DNA of 64,000 nt, from positions 2,016,001 to 2,080,000 of the forward strand of contig OZ255721.1 of the NCBI GenBank assembly GCA_965277285.1, given 5' to 3'. Origin of the DNA: Abditibacteriaceae bacterium (GTDB taxonomy: Bacteria; Armatimonadota; Abditibacteriia; Abditibacteriales; Abditibacteriaceae). Made by a program: the position numbers and the translations under genes. Positions 18,730 to 28,795 of this stretch are shown in pieces (positions within the stretch are counted from its first letter, which is position 1; each line of letters starts with the position of its first letter). A model generated the notes under the pieces. It had not been told where the DNA came from. It ran no database searches and saw nothing but the letters and a program-made list of their open reading frames with translations.

Positions 18730-19464
18730 ATGAAATTACACGGTAAAACAGCGGTTGTAACGGGCGCCAGTCGCGGCATCGGGCGCGGCATTGCGTTGCG
18801 TTTGGCTCAAGACGGCGCGCGTGTCGTGGTGCATTATAAAGGCAACAAAGACGCCGCCGATGAAGTCGTTCAGGAAATTGCGAACACTGGCGGACAGGCG
18901 ATTGCTTTGAGTTGCGACCTGGCCGACACGACCGAAGTTCGGCGAATGTTTTCGCAAATCGAAGCCGAATGGAAGACGATTGATATTCTGGTCAACAACG
19001 CGGGCTGGGCCGAGTTTCGAGTACTCGATGAAGCCGACGAAGACCATTTCGACGCGATTTTCGATTTGAACGTGCGCGGCCTTTTTTTCGCCACGCAAGA
19101 AGCCGCCAAAATCCTCAACGACAACGGTCGCATCGTCAACATTTCGAGCGGCATCACGCGTGCCAATTCCGGGACAGGCGCGGTTTACGCGGGTTCAAAA
19201 GCCGCCGTCGAAGCATTCACGCGCTGCTGGAGTGAAGATTTGGGCAAGCGCGGCATTACGGTCAACACGGTTTCGCCGGGCATGGTCGAAACCGATTTGC
19301 TGATGAGCGTGACGCCCAAAGAAAACCTGGAAAACATGGCGAAGATGTCGCCTTTTGGCCGTTTGGGACAACCCGCCGACATCGCCGATGTTGTCGCCTT
19401 TTTGTGCAGCGACGACGCGCGCTGGATCACGGCGAATAACATTTTGGCGAACGGCGGCGTGTAA
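18730..19464 (+). CDS. Short-chain dehydrogenase/reductase
   Basis: TGASRGIG, NNAG, YAGSK. ATG at 18730 has a GGGAG RBS. Confidence 0.92.
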   Translation: MKLHGKTAVVTGASRGIGRGIALRLAQDGARVVVHYKGNKDAADEVVQEIANTGGQAIALSCDLADTTEVRRMFSQIEAEWKTIDILVNNAGWAEFRVLDEADEDHFDAIFDLNVRGLFFATQEAAKILNDNGRIVNISSGITRANSGTGAVYAGSKAAVEAFTRCWSEDLGKRGITVNTVSPGMVETDLLMSVTPKENLENMAKMSPFGRLGQPADIADVVAFLCSDDARWITANNILANGGV

Positions 19465-19548
19465 TAGTTGGGGATTGGCGCGCCAAGCCCGTACATCAAA
19501 CGTCTTCGCATTCGAGTACTCGGTATTGCACAAACAAACCATTTTTCA

Positions 19549-20010
19549 ATGACAGATGTTCTCGATTCTTTCAGTTACGGCGTTTATGTGGTGAGTTCGC
19601 GCAGCGGCGAAGAGGTCAACGCGATGACGATGCGCCTGGTTTCGCACTTGCCGACGCGTCCGGCGCGGATTTCTCTGGTCATGCGCAAGCGTTGTCTGAC
19701 ACACCAATTCATCTGCGAAAACCGTGTCTTCGCGGTCAATGTTTTGGCGCAAGGTCAGGAACTGATCGCCGGACATTTCGGCTTGCGCAGCGGTCGCAAT
19801 GTCGATAAGTTCGTCGGCATCAATTACAAACGCGGCTGTCTGGGCGCGCCGATTTTAGACGAATGCCGCGCTTTTCTCGAATGCCGTTTGGTCGCTTCGC
19901 ACGATATGGGCAACACGGTTTTGCTGATCGGCGAAATCGTTCATACCGGACAAGGCGCGCTGCACCATCGCCCTTCGCTGATGTATCGCAAAGACGATTA
20001 TTATGGTTGA
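19549..20010 (+). CDS. Flavin reductase-like (FlaRed) protein
   Basis: YGVYVV, FAVNVL, FGLRSGRNVDKF, GAPIL, FLECRL. Confidence 0.85.
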   Translation: MTDVLDSFSYGVYVVSSRSGEEVNAMTMRLVSHLPTRPARISLVMRKRCLTHQFICENRVFAVNVLAQGQELIAGHFGLRSGRNVDKFVGINYKRGCLGAPILDECRAFLECRLVASHDMGNTVLLIGEIVHTGQGALHHRPSLMYRKDDYYG

Positions 20011-20035
20011 AATGGAGAATCGAGTACTCGAATGC

Positions 20036-20073
20036 ACAAAAACCTTCGACGTTGTGTTGTCGAAGGTTTTTGT
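20036..20073. terminator. Bidirectional terminator between flavin reductase and tRNA-Pro
   Basis: ACAAAAACCTTCGAC-loop-GTCGAAGGTTTTTGT. Confidence 0.75.
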
Positions 20074-20079
20074 TTGGTA

Positions 20080-20153
20080 TCGGGATAGCCGGATTTGAAC
20101 CGACGACCTTCTGACCCCCAGTCAGACGCGCTACCAAGCTGCGCTATATCCCG
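20080..20153 (-). tRNA. tRNA-Pro(GGG)
   Basis: CGGGATATAGCGCAGCTTGGTAGCGCGTCTGACT-GGG-GGTCAGAAGGTCGTCGGTTCAAATCCGGCTATCCCGA; no CCA directly after the discriminator base. Confidence 0.97.
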
Positions 20154-20207
20154 TTTTGTAACCTGATTGGTTGCAGCGATTAAGGATACGAAGTTTGCGA
20201 CTTTCGG

Positions 20208-21185
20208 TCAAGGTGCCGATGTTTCGCGTTCGATTAAAGTAACTGGTGGTTCGACGGTTTCTCGGCGCGCGTCCTGCCAGCGCGCATCGTTCCACGCCAG
20301 AGGGTCTTCAATCGGTTCGATGTGCGCAGTAATTTCGACGCCGGGCACGGCTTCTTCAATGGCGCGACCAATGGCGACTTCGACATTGTGCGCCGAAGAA
20401 ACCGAGCATTCGCCGGGCACCAATAAATGATAATCGGCGAAGCGGCGCGAACCGGCGCGGCGCGTTCTCAGCGCATGATACGTCATGCGAGGTTCGAGTA
20501 CGCGTTCAATGGCACCGCGAATGTCGCGCACTTCATCGTCTTCCAGAGCGCGATCCATCAGGCCATCAACCGAGCGCTTCAACAAACTCCATGCGATGCG
20601 CACGATATTGAGCGCCACCAAAATCGCAATCGACGGGTCGATCCACGTCCAATGCGTCCACGATGCGAGCAGTAAACCCAGCGCGACGCCCAGCGATGTC
20701 CACACATCGGTCATCAAATGATGCCCATCGGCTTCAAGGACAATCGAACCGGCACTTTTTCCGGTTTTCAAGAGCAAGCGCGCCACGAGGAAATTGACCA
20801 GCGCCGAAACCAACGAAATCGAGACGCCGCTAAAAATATGCGAAGGCACGTCCAGCGTGGAAAAGTGGCGAATCGCCGTCACGAAAATGCCAATCGCCGC
20901 CGCAAAAATGAGAGCGCCTTCGATACCGCTGGCGAAAAACTCAATTTTTTCGTGCCCGTAAGGATGCGTTTTGTCCGCCGGTTGCGCCGCGTACCACAAG
21001 GCATAAAGCGCCGCGAGCGAAGCCGCCACATTCGCCGTCGATTCCGCCGCATCCGACAACAACCCGACCGAACCCGTGACGCGCCACGCCGCGAGCTTCA
21101 GCGCGACCGTCAGAAAAGCCGCGCCCAGCGACAAACCGATCAGTTTCGCGTGTGGCACGCCGCCCCAGAAAGAAGATTTCGCCAT
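20208..21185 (-). CDS. Cation diffusion facilitator (FieF/MMT-like)
   Basis: SVGLLSDAAES, HPYGHEKIE, ADGHHLMTD, HIEP. Confidence 0.92.
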   Translation of the reverse strand: MAKSSFWGGVPHAKLIGLSLGAAFLTVALKLAAWRVTGSVGLLSDAAESTANVAASLAALYALWYAAQPADKTHPYGHEKIEFFASGIEGALIFAAAIGIFVTAIRHFSTLDVPSHIFSGVSISLVSALVNFLVARLLLKTGKSAGSIVLEADGHHLMTDVWTSLGVALGLLLASWTHWTWIDPSIAILVALNIVRIAWSLLKRSVDGLMDRALEDDEVRDIRGAIERVLEPRMTYHALRTRRAGSRRFADYHLLVPGECSVSSAHNVEVAIGRAIEEAVPGVEITAHIEPIEDPLAWNDARWQDARRETVEPPVTLIERETSAP

Positions 21186-21213
21186 TTCGAGTACTCGATA
21201 ATTGCAAAGCGAA

Positions 21214-22086
21214 CTAACCGCATTGCAATTGCAGCCACACATTATCAAAACGTCGCGCTTTCAAATCGTCTTCGTGAATGCAGAAGTAAATCATACCCGC
21301 ATCGCCCCACATCCAATCGGAATCCGAATCGAGCTGAAACAGCAAGCGCCATTTATCGGCGCCAGCGTCACGCAAACGCTGGTTAAAATCGGCGTTCGAT
21401 TCGTCTGTTGCCCGCCTCATATCATTCAAGGTCATGCAAACAGAAATGGGTAAGTCGTCTTGAATATCTTCCGCGAAACCCAGCAACTGATGCCGCGCCA
21501 ATTCAGTACAACTTTCTCGGAGTTTGTCTCGAAAATCGTAGAACTTGTTTCTTTCCTCCTGTTCTAAATCGCAAGTTTCTTTGGAAAGCTCCATTGCCCA
21601 AAAAACGGGCGTTTGCCAGTGAACATCAAAAGCGATATGATGCATACGCAAAGTGTTTTCCGAACTTTCAAAAGGAAAAGCTGCACGCTGTAACTCGACA
21701 TCCTCTGGCCAATAAAAGACTTTCCAGCCGCCGACATCTTTGGGAAAGCCCCAAGGTTGATCTTCAATGGCATAGAAAAAAGACAACAATCCCGAAGGCG
21801 GCAAATCCTGCTTCAAGTCGAACGGCGCGACTTGGAACAAGTTGAATTGCGCTAAAAAACCAAGTGGTTTCTCTTTTCAGATCGGCCACACAAAGTCCGC
21901 CGGAACATCGGGTGCACCACCAATTTTCGATTGGCCGACCGCAATCTCTTTGTCGTCGCTTTTGGTCAACACCAAGGCGATGGCCGGAGCGAGATTGTCG
22001 CGCAACGCGGCTTTCAACTTTTCCGGCGCATGGTTTTCAATGACTTCGAGTACTCGTTCTCGCGTTGGGAATTCTGTCATAAACAT
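21214..22086 (-). pseudogene. YwqG/DUF1963 family gene with an in-frame TGA at 21877-21879
   Basis: SKIGGAPDVPADFVWPI*KEKPLGFLAQFNL continues in frame to LLFQLDS..WMWGDAG..YF..F..VW..LQC. Confidence 0.8.
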
Positions 22087-22785
22087 TCACCGCTTTTCGT
22101 AAAGGTTCGCCAATTCTTGCGGCGATTTTCCGCGCCAGAACCCAATTTGCAATTCGCACCAGCGCCACAGCAAGCGCGCGACGCCGCCGCGAAAACGCCT
22201 TGAAGAAACTGTTAAAGGCACGTTCAAACATACGGTCTTCAATTTGTGACAACGCGCGAAATGTTCCAGACGCCGGGCGAAATCGAAGTCTTCAAAAAGC
22301 GGCCAATTTTGAAAACCGCCCAATTGCTCAAAGGTTTCGCGGCGAATCCAGATTCCGCTATCTCCGTAATAAACGCCGAAGGTTCGCAAAACGCGCGCGA
22401 TATTTTCCACCAGATGAGCGCCGCGTGTTCTCTGGTCGAAGCGCAGGCGAAAATTGCCGCCGCAGATTTTCGAGTTTTCCAACGCCTCGTTCATCCTTCG
22501 AGTACTCGAACGCGCGGGAATTGTATCGGCGTGCAAAAACCACAGGATTTCACCACTTGATATTTTCGCGCCCGCGTTCATTTGCACGCCGCGATTGGCT
22601 TCGCTTACAATCACGATCGCGCCGTTTTCGTGTGCGATTTCTGGTGTTCGGTCGGTGCTTCCGCCGTCGCAAACAATGATTTCGCCAATTTCAGGCATTG
22701 GTTTCAATCTCTGCAATAAACGCGCGAGGTGCGCTTCTTCGTTCAACGCGGGAATAATCACGCTGATATTACCCGCTGAAACCAT
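22087..22785 (-). CDS. GT2 glycosyltransferase, TIGR04283-like
   Basis: SVIIPALNEE, DGGSTD, RGVQMNAGA, FLHAD, YGDSG, GGF..PLFED, VSSRR. Confidence 0.85.
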   Translation of the reverse strand: MVSAGNISVIIPALNEEAHLARLLQRLKPMPEIGEIIVCDGGSTDRTPEIAHENGAIVIVSEANRGVQMNAGAKISSGEILWFLHADTIPARSSTRRMNEALENSKICGGNFRLRFDQRTRGAHLVENIARVLRTFGVYYGDSGIWIRRETFEQLGGFQNWPLFEDFDFARRLEHFARCHKLKTVCLNVPLTVSSRRFRGGVARLLWRWCELQIGFWRGKSPQELANLYEKR

Positions 22786-22886
22786 GCGGCGCATTTTATC
22801 ATGTGTGTTGGTGCCGTGACAGTTTTCCGTTTTATCGAGTACTCGAAATACGCGAATCTTTGGTTTTCTGCGCTAAACTGCCGCCC

Positions 22887-23273
22887 ATGATTTTAGGATT
22901 GGGAACCGATTTGTGCCAGGTCGAGCGCGTCGAAAAATATCTCGAGCGCTTTGGCGAACGCTTTACGCGGCGCTGCTTCACGGATGGCGAAATCGCTTAT
23001 TGCCAGACGCACAAGAACCCTGCAGCGCAGTTTGCGGCACGTATCGCGGCCAAGGAAGCGGCTTGCAAGGCATTAGGAACCGGCTTGCGCGACGGCATCC
23101 ACTGGAAGTGTTTTGAAGTGCAAAGTCAAAAAAATGGCAAACCGATCTTGCGCATTCATGGTCGCGCCGCAGAAATCGCCTCGCAAAACGGCGTCCGCAA
23201 CGTGCATCTGTCGTTGTCGCACGATGGCGGCCTGGCGCTCGCGGTGGTGGTTTTTGAAGGAAATGATGAATGA
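22887..23273 (+). CDS. acpS: Holo-ACP synthase
   Basis: GLGTDL, FTDGE, AARIAAKEA.KALGTG, GKP, LSLSHD. Confidence 0.95.
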   Translation: MILGLGTDLCQVERVEKYLERFGERFTRRCFTDGEIAYCQTHKNPAAQFAARIAAKEAACKALGTGLRDGIHWKCFEVQSQKNGKPILRIHGRAAEIASQNGVRNVHLSLSHDGGLALAVVVFEGNDE

Positions 23274-23370
23274 TGAATGCGGAATGATGAATATCGAGTA
23301 CTCGAAACTCAAGCTGCATCGTTGAAGGGCGATTTTCCATTCATCATTCATCATTCCGCATTCATCATTT
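23261..23370. repeat. Inverted pair of short GATGAAT heptamer tandem arrays (STRR-like)
   Basis: AATGATGAATGATGAATGCGGAATGATGAAT ... ATTCATCATTCATCATTCCGCATTCATCATT, with a TCGAGTACTCGA copy in the spacer. Confidence 0.75.
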
Positions 23371-23467
23371 CCTTTCCCTTTCCAGATAATTTCCGGCGTT
23401 TTGGTGTTTGAGATTGCGTTCAAATGGTTTATGATTGAAGTCGCGCATAGAACGCAAGAACGCACTG

Positions 23468-24496
23468 ATGCCGATTCTTCAACACCTGAAAACTTTATCA
23501 ACGCATGATTTAACGCTGACCGCATTTCTGGCGGCGTTGTGCGGAGCGCTGCTTTTCACGCCGCTGGCCAAGCGCTTGGCGTGGCGCTACGGAGTATTAG
23601 CGAAACCGGACGCGCGCCGCCTGCATCCCGAACCAATCGCGCAATGGGGCGGACTGGCGATTTTTCTGGCGGTCGCTTTGGCCGCGTTGTTGTGGCGCCA
23701 ACCGACGCTCAGCGATTTCCGCTTGCTGGCGCCGTCCGGCGATCCTTCAGCAATTCAGCACACGGCGCAAATCACACATCTTTCGACGTATTTTTTCGGC
23801 TGCGGCTTGCTCATGTTGTTGCTGGGAATGGCCGACGATAAATGGGAATTGTCGCCGCTATGGAAATTCGGCGGGCAATTAGTTATCGCTTTTTTATTGT
23901 GGAAAGGCGGCTTTCGCATCAACACGCTGCCGTTTTCCTCCGGCTTGGACACTTTGAGCATTCCCGCATCGCTTGGGTTAACAACGTTGTGGCTGTTGGG
24001 CTTGACCAATGGCGTCAATCTCATAGATGGCGTGGATGGTTTGGCGTCGGGCGTCTGCGCTATTGCAGCGGGCAGTTTGTGCCTGATTGAAACCTCGAAA
24101 AACGCGACGTGGGCAGCGACGGCGAGCGCAGCAGTTTGTGGCGCGAGTCTGGGGTTTTTGTGGTACAACCGTCATCCGGCGCGCATTTTTCTGGGCGATG
24201 CAGGCGCGTTGTTATTGGGTTTCTGGCTGGCCGCGATTGCTCTGGCGGCGGCCTCGAAAACCGCGGCGGCCACGACTCTGGCGTTGCCGTTATTGGTAAT
24301 GGGCGTTCCGGTTGTGGACACAGTTTGGGCGATCGTGCGTCGCACGCTGGCGCATCAGCCGCCGTGGAAAGCGGATCGCGGGCATTTGCATCATCGCTTA
24401 TTGGCGCGCGGTTTTTCGCCGCAAAAAACCGTGCTGGTGATTTACGCAATTTCAACCGCGCTCGGCTTAACGGCGGTCGTGTGGGCGACGCGATGA
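23468..24496 (+). CDS. WecA/TagO-like undecaprenyl-phosphate GlcNAc-1-phosphate transferase
   Basis: RRLHPEP..GGLAI, GMADD, NGVNLIDGVDGLA, YNRHPARIFLGDAG, ADRGHLHHRL. Confidence 0.88.
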   Translation: MPILQHLKTLSTHDLTLTAFLAALCGALLFTPLAKRLAWRYGVLAKPDARRLHPEPIAQWGGLAIFLAVALAALLWRQPTLSDFRLLAPSGDPSAIQHTAQITHLSTYFFGCGLLMLLLGMADDKWELSPLWKFGGQLVIAFLLWKGGFRINTLPFSSGLDTLSIPASLGLTTLWLLGLTNGVNLIDGVDGLASGVCAIAAGSLCLIETSKNATWAATASAAVCGASLGFLWYNRHPARIFLGDAGALLLGFWLAAIALAAASKTAAATTLALPLLVMGVPVVDTVWAIVRRTLAHQPPWKADRGHLHHRLLARGFSPQKTVLVIYAISTALGLTAVVWATR

Positions 24497-24549
24497 ATGA
24501 TAGATAACCGGCTTTGCGATAACTTTCAAGACGCTTTCGAGTACTCGAT

Positions 24550-24894
24550 ATGATGACGATTCTTTTGCTTTTTCTGTCCAACATTTGCATGACGACGGCG
24601 TAGTATGGCCCGATTTTGAAACTGAAAAGCGCGCCTTTATTGACGGTGATTCTCATCAGTTGGCTGATTGCGTTGCCGGAATATTGTCTGGCGGTTCCGG
24701 CCAATCGTCTGGGTTTAAGTCACTTCACCTTGACGCAGCTCAAAATCATGCAGGAGTGCATCGCGCTGACGGTTTTTCTGGTGATGGCGCGCGTCATCTT
24801 CAAAGAAGCGATTCGCTGGAACACAATCGCCGCCTTGTTTTGCATGGCGTGCGCCGTTTATTTCGCGTTTATGGGCAGCAAAAACATTGGTTGA
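24550..24894 (+). pseudogene. DMT-family (DUF486-like) small membrane protein with an in-frame TAG at 24601-24603
   Basis: MMTILLLFLSNICMTTA*YGP..ILISWLIALPEYCLAVPANRLG..QLKIMQE; as I recall it the family pattern is SNxFMTxAWYGHL. Confidence 0.75.
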
Positions 24895-24946
24895 ATCGCG
24901 TATTAGATTTCATGGTTTCGGCCAATTCCGCTAAACTTGGAGCGTA

Positions 24947-26098
24947 ATGACATTTCCCCTTCCTCTCACGGTGATGCCGATTTTCGGCACGCGTCCCGAA
25001 GCCGTTAAAATGGCGCCGCTGGTGAATGAACTCAAATCGCGCCCGCACGAATTTCGCACCATTGTCTGCGTCACGGCGCAGCACCGCAAGATTCTCGATC
25101 AAGTTTTGCACGCCTTCGAGATTGTTCCCGACTACGATTTGGACATTATGAAGGAAGGCCAAACTTTGACGCAGGTCACAACGCGCGTCCTCGAAGGTCT
25201 GGAAAAAGTTCTGGCCGAAGTCAAGCCGGACATCATTTTGGCGCAAGGCGATACGACAACGGTTTTGGCGGCGGCGCTGGCGGCGGCTTACTCAAAAACG
25301 GCGTTTGGGCACGTCGAAGCCGGACTTCGCACCAACAACAAATTCGATCCGTTTCCCGAAGAAATCAATCGTCGCGTGACGGGACAATTGACGGATTTGC
25401 ATTTTGCGCCGACCATTTTATCGAAAGATAATTTGCTGCGCGAAGGCATCCGCGAAGACGCCATTTATATGACGGGCAACACCGTTATTGACGCCTTGAA
25501 ACAAGTCACCGGCAAAAACGGCGCGCCGTCGAGTACTCAATCGAGCGATTTCAAGATCAAAACTCTGCTGGTGACAACGCATCGCCGCGAAAACTGGGGC
25601 GCGCCGCTCGAAGAAATCGCGCTGGCCTTGCATGATTTGGTCGAAAAGTTTCCCGACACGAAAATCATTCTGTCAATGCACCCAAACCCGATTGTGCGCG
25701 AACCGTTGCAGCGCATTTTGGGAAACCATGCGCGCGTCGAATTGATCGAGCCGCCGGATTATCTCGATTTCGTGCATTTGATGGAGCAAAGCCACCTGAT
25801 TTTGACTGACAGCGGCGGCGTGCAGGAAGAAGCGCCCGCGCTCGGTTTGCCAGTTCTGGTTTTGCGCCGCACGACGGAACGTCCCGAAGGCGTTTCGGCG
25901 GGAACCGCCAAACTGATCGGCACCGAGCGCGCAGACATTGTGCGCGAAGCCTCCAAGTTGCTTTCCGATCAGAACGCTTACAACCAGATGAGCCACGCCA
26001 CCAATCCTTACGGCGATGGACAATCCAGCCAACGTATCGCGCAAGCCATTTTGCACTGGGCCGGACACGCGCCGCGTCCACAAGACTTCGAGTATTGA
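24947..26098 (+). CDS. wecB: UDP-GlcNAc 2-epimerase (non-hydrolysing)
   Basis: FGTRPEAVKMAP, QGDTTT, HVEAGLR, PFPEE.NR, HRREN, TDSGGVQEEAP, NPYGDG. Confidence 0.96.
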   Translation: MTFPLPLTVMPIFGTRPEAVKMAPLVNELKSRPHEFRTIVCVTAQHRKILDQVLHAFEIVPDYDLDIMKEGQTLTQVTTRVLEGLEKVLAEVKPDIILAQGDTTTVLAAALAAAYSKTAFGHVEAGLRTNNKFDPFPEEINRRVTGQLTDLHFAPTILSKDNLLREGIREDAIYMTGNTVIDALKQVTGKNGAPSSTQSSDFKIKTLLVTTHRRENWGAPLEEIALALHDLVEKFPDTKIILSMHPNPIVREPLQRILGNHARVELIEPPDYLDFVHLMEQSHLILTDSGGVQEEAPALGLPVLVLRRTTERPEGVSAGTAKLIGTERADIVREASKLLSDQNAYNQMSHATNPYGDGQSSQRIAQAILHWAGHAPRPQDFEY

Positions 26099-26102
26099 AT
26101 TA

Positions 26103-26277
26103 TTCACCGCGAAGGACGCGAAGAGCGCGAAGGAAAAAGATTTTAGAAAAGATGAGTTTAGAAGTGCGTAAGTACGGGCTTGGCGCGCCAAGCCCGCACA
26201 GTTCATCCCTCATCCCTTTCTTCTCGTCCCTTCTTTTCTTCGCGCCCCTTTTTTTCTTCGCGCCCTTCGCGGTGAAT
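26103..26277. repeat. CACCGC(A/G)AG-type inverted repeat enclosing a GTAC-REP
   Basis: TTCACCGCGAAGGACGCGAAG ... CTTCGCGCCCTTCGCGGTGAA with GTACGGGCTTGGCGCGCCAAGCCC inside; same architecture at 4266-4495. Confidence 0.7.
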
Positions 26278-26293
26278 TCTCCGGCTTTTTCTC

Positions 26294-27514
26294 TTGAACA
26301 ATTCCGCTTCGTCTAAACAAGTTTGGGGCAACAAGCGCATCTTAGGTTTGGTGGCGCTGGCAACGCTCATTGTCAGCGTGATCTGGCGCTTGCCCGAAGA
26401 AAGCGCCTTTATCGGGCGGCGTGTCGGCGAACTGGCAGTCACGTTGGTTTTGGCGATGGGCTTGACGTACGTTTTGCGCCCAGCCGTCCGTTTCCTGATG
26501 CGCTTTCGCATTTTCAGGGATGCGCGCGGCGGTCGTTCGTGGGCGACGCTGTTAGTTTTCGTGTTCTGCGGATTGTTGATTTATCTCATCTGCGCTTTTG
26601 GATTTCGCTCCATCACGCGCGACTTGGCGTCGTTGTGGAACTCGTTTATTCCCAGCGATATGGCGGAAAAACGCGTACTCTTCAACAAATGGCGCGACGT
26701 GCTTTCGCAAAGCATCGCACCTTACCGCGACGCTTTGCCACTCGACACGCAAAAGAAAATCGAAGCCAGTCTGGCTGCAGCGGCCAGCATAGCACCTTTA
26801 GCGATTTTAGGCTGGGTGCGCGCCTCGTTTTCGCACATCGGCTTCATCGTCGAATTGCTGCTGCTGCCGGTTTTAGTGTTTTATTTTCTGGCCGATGGCG
26901 ACGCGATTCGGCGCGAAGCAGGTTTGCTGCTACCGCTCAGTTGGCGCCCAACGGCCAGTCGTATGGCCGCGCATCTGGATCGAGTACTCGATGGCTACAT
27001 TCGCGGGCAAATGATGATGTGCCTGATCGCCTGGGTTTTAGTCACTTTGATCTTGAGCGCGCTTCATGTGCCGCACGCCTTTACAATGGGCTTAATCGCT
27101 GGATTAACGCGCGCCGTTCCCGTTATTGGGCCGCTTTTGGGCGGCGTGCCTTTGGCGCTGATTTGTTTGCTGACGACGCGCTCGATTCCCATTACGCTGT
27201 CGGTCATTGCGGCGTTTACCATGATGCACTTTTTGGAAAGCAAAGTTTTGCTACCGAAAATTATTGGCCACGAAGTCGATTTACATCCGGTTTCAGTTAT
27301 TCTTGTGTTGCTGCTGGGGATGGAGTTTTTCGGATTTCTGGGCGTTTTTCTGGCGGTTCCCGTCGCAGCAGTTTTGAAAATTATGCTCGTCGAATGGCGC
27401 ACGCATCAGGAAGCAAAAATCGAAGAACGCCGTGTAGCTCTGGTTGGCGAAAGGGAATTACCTCTCGCTAACAGCGCCACAAACGGCACTTCGAGGACTC
27501 GAACACCAATTTAG
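26294..27514 (+). CDS. AI-2E (PerM) family transporter
   Basis: Multiple TMs, FYFLADG, GYIRGQ, VPVIGP, LPKIIG..VDLHP, GVFLAVP. Confidence 0.9.
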   Translation: MNNSASSKQVWGNKRILGLVALATLIVSVIWRLPEESAFIGRRVGELAVTLVLAMGLTYVLRPAVRFLMRFRIFRDARGGRSWATLLVFVFCGLLIYLICAFGFRSITRDLASLWNSFIPSDMAEKRVLFNKWRDVLSQSIAPYRDALPLDTQKKIEASLAAAASIAPLAILGWVRASFSHIGFIVELLLLPVLVFYFLADGDAIRREAGLLLPLSWRPTASRMAAHLDRVLDGYIRGQMMMCLIAWVLVTLILSALHVPHAFTMGLIAGLTRAVPVIGPLLGGVPLALICLLTTRSIPITLSVIAAFTMMHFLESKVLLPKIIGHEVDLHPVSVILVLLLGMEFFGFLGVFLAVPVAAVLKIMLVEWRTHQEAKIEERRVALVGERELPLANSATNGTSRTRTPI

Positions 27515-27534
27515 CAATAGTCTTGTCTTAGCGC

Positions 27535-27645
27535 GACAATCACTGTAACGAACCCGAAGCGTGAGCGACGGGCTTACGTAGAAGTTTGATGAAACTATAA
27601 ATTAAGCCCGTCGCTCACGCTTCGGGTTCGTTACAGTGATTGTCG
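27535..27645. repeat. Long inverted repeat, AACCCGAAGCG family
   Basis: CACTGTAACGAACCCGAAGCGTGAGCGACGGGCTTA ... TAAGCCCGTCGCTCACGCTTCGGGTTCGTTACAGTG. Confidence 0.88.
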
Positions 27646-27672
27646 TCATTTTTACTTTCAAAGGGAATCAGC

Positions 27673-28509
27673 TTGACACCTCAGATTACGCCGTTGCAAT
27701 CTATCGTTTTGGGCTTGGCGCAGGGCTTGACCGAATTCATTCCGGTTTCGTCGTCGGCGCACCTCAACATTTTGCACACGCTGTTTGGTCACGGGCGCGA
27801 ACTAACTTATGATGTTCTGGTCTCGATTGGAACAACCGGCGCTCTCGCGTGGTATTTTCGCCACGATTGGAAAGCCTTGCTGACCGATCCGGCGCAGAAG
27901 AAATTGCGCAACCTGGTTTTGTTGGCGTGTGTGCCAGGTGGAATCCTTGGTTTGATTCTGGATAAAAGCGGAGTTGAAAATCGTTCGCCAGTCGCGGATG
28001 CCTGGTTCAACGCCTTATTGTTGATTGTCGCGGGATTGGTTTTGCTGTGGAGCGACCGCGCCGGACGCCAGAACCGCGAAGTCGAAGACGTGAATGCGAC
28101 TGATTCGTGGATCGTCGGCGCGGCGCAAGCTTTGGCCTTGTTTCCGGGTGTATCGCGTTCGGGCGCCACGATGACGGCAGGTTTGTTTCGCGGCATGACG
28201 CGCGAAAGTGCGGCGCGCTTTTCGTTTTTGATGTCGCTGCCGATTACACTCGCGGCGACGTTATGGAAATGTCACAGCGCGAGCAAAGGCGGCTGGGAAG
28301 CGGTCGGTGCGTCGCCGCTATCGTTGCTGCTGGGAATCGTCGTGTCGGGCGTATCGGGGTTTTGGGCGATTGGCTTTTTGTTAAACTTCCTCAAGAAGCG
28401 CGATGTGACGCCATTTGTTGTTTGGCGTGTTCTGGTCGCGTTGGCCGTTTTCTCATTGATCGCCACGCAACGATTGCCCTTGACGCAATCCGCTGTCGCC
28501 TTACCATAA
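27673..28509 (+). CDS. uppP: Undecaprenyl-diphosphatase (BacA)
   Basis: QGLTEFIPVSSSAH, PGVSRSGAT, AARFSFLMSLP. Start uncertain (27640 or 27673). Confidence 0.93.
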   Translation: MTPQITPLQSIVLGLAQGLTEFIPVSSSAHLNILHTLFGHGRELTYDVLVSIGTTGALAWYFRHDWKALLTDPAQKKLRNLVLLACVPGGILGLILDKSGVENRSPVADAWFNALLLIVAGLVLLWSDRAGRQNREVEDVNATDSWIVGAAQALALFPGVSRSGATMTAGLFRGMTRESAARFSFLMSLPITLAATLWKCHSASKGGWEAVGASPLSLLLGIVVSGVSGFWAIGFLLNFLKKRDVTPFVVWRVLVALAVFSLIATQRLPLTQSAVALP

Positions 28510-28795
28510 TTTTTCTCGTTGCTCCGCCTAATAATGGTTTATGTTCGCAAAGCGTTTGCTGGAAGACACGCGATAGCAAATGCGGCGTTTGATGCCGAAC
28601 GAAACGTTCCGAATAAAAGTGCGGCGGCAATGAGACGGTCAGCGAGGCGCCGCGTTAGGCAGAAAGACGCGTCAGGAAAGACACATCGAGTACTCGATAT
28701 GTTTCGTTTGTCGTGTTTCGAGCCATAATAACTACAAGTTGTGAGATGTTGCAATCAATCACGTTTAGCAGAACTGTGTTGGGAGAAGAACGCTT

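Noticed and set aside
20080..20153. tRNA-Pro as an island integration site
   Set aside because: No integrase nearby and no duplicated tRNA 3' end seen.
22087..22785. Arsenosugar or rSAM/selenodomain pathway inferred from the TIGR04283-like gene
   Set aside because: The usual partner genes are not in the window.
21877..24603. Stop-codon reassignment or selenocysteine/pyrrolysine insertion
   Set aside because: The two internal stops differ (TGA and TAG), both codons terminate intact genes in this window, and both sites fit Trp.
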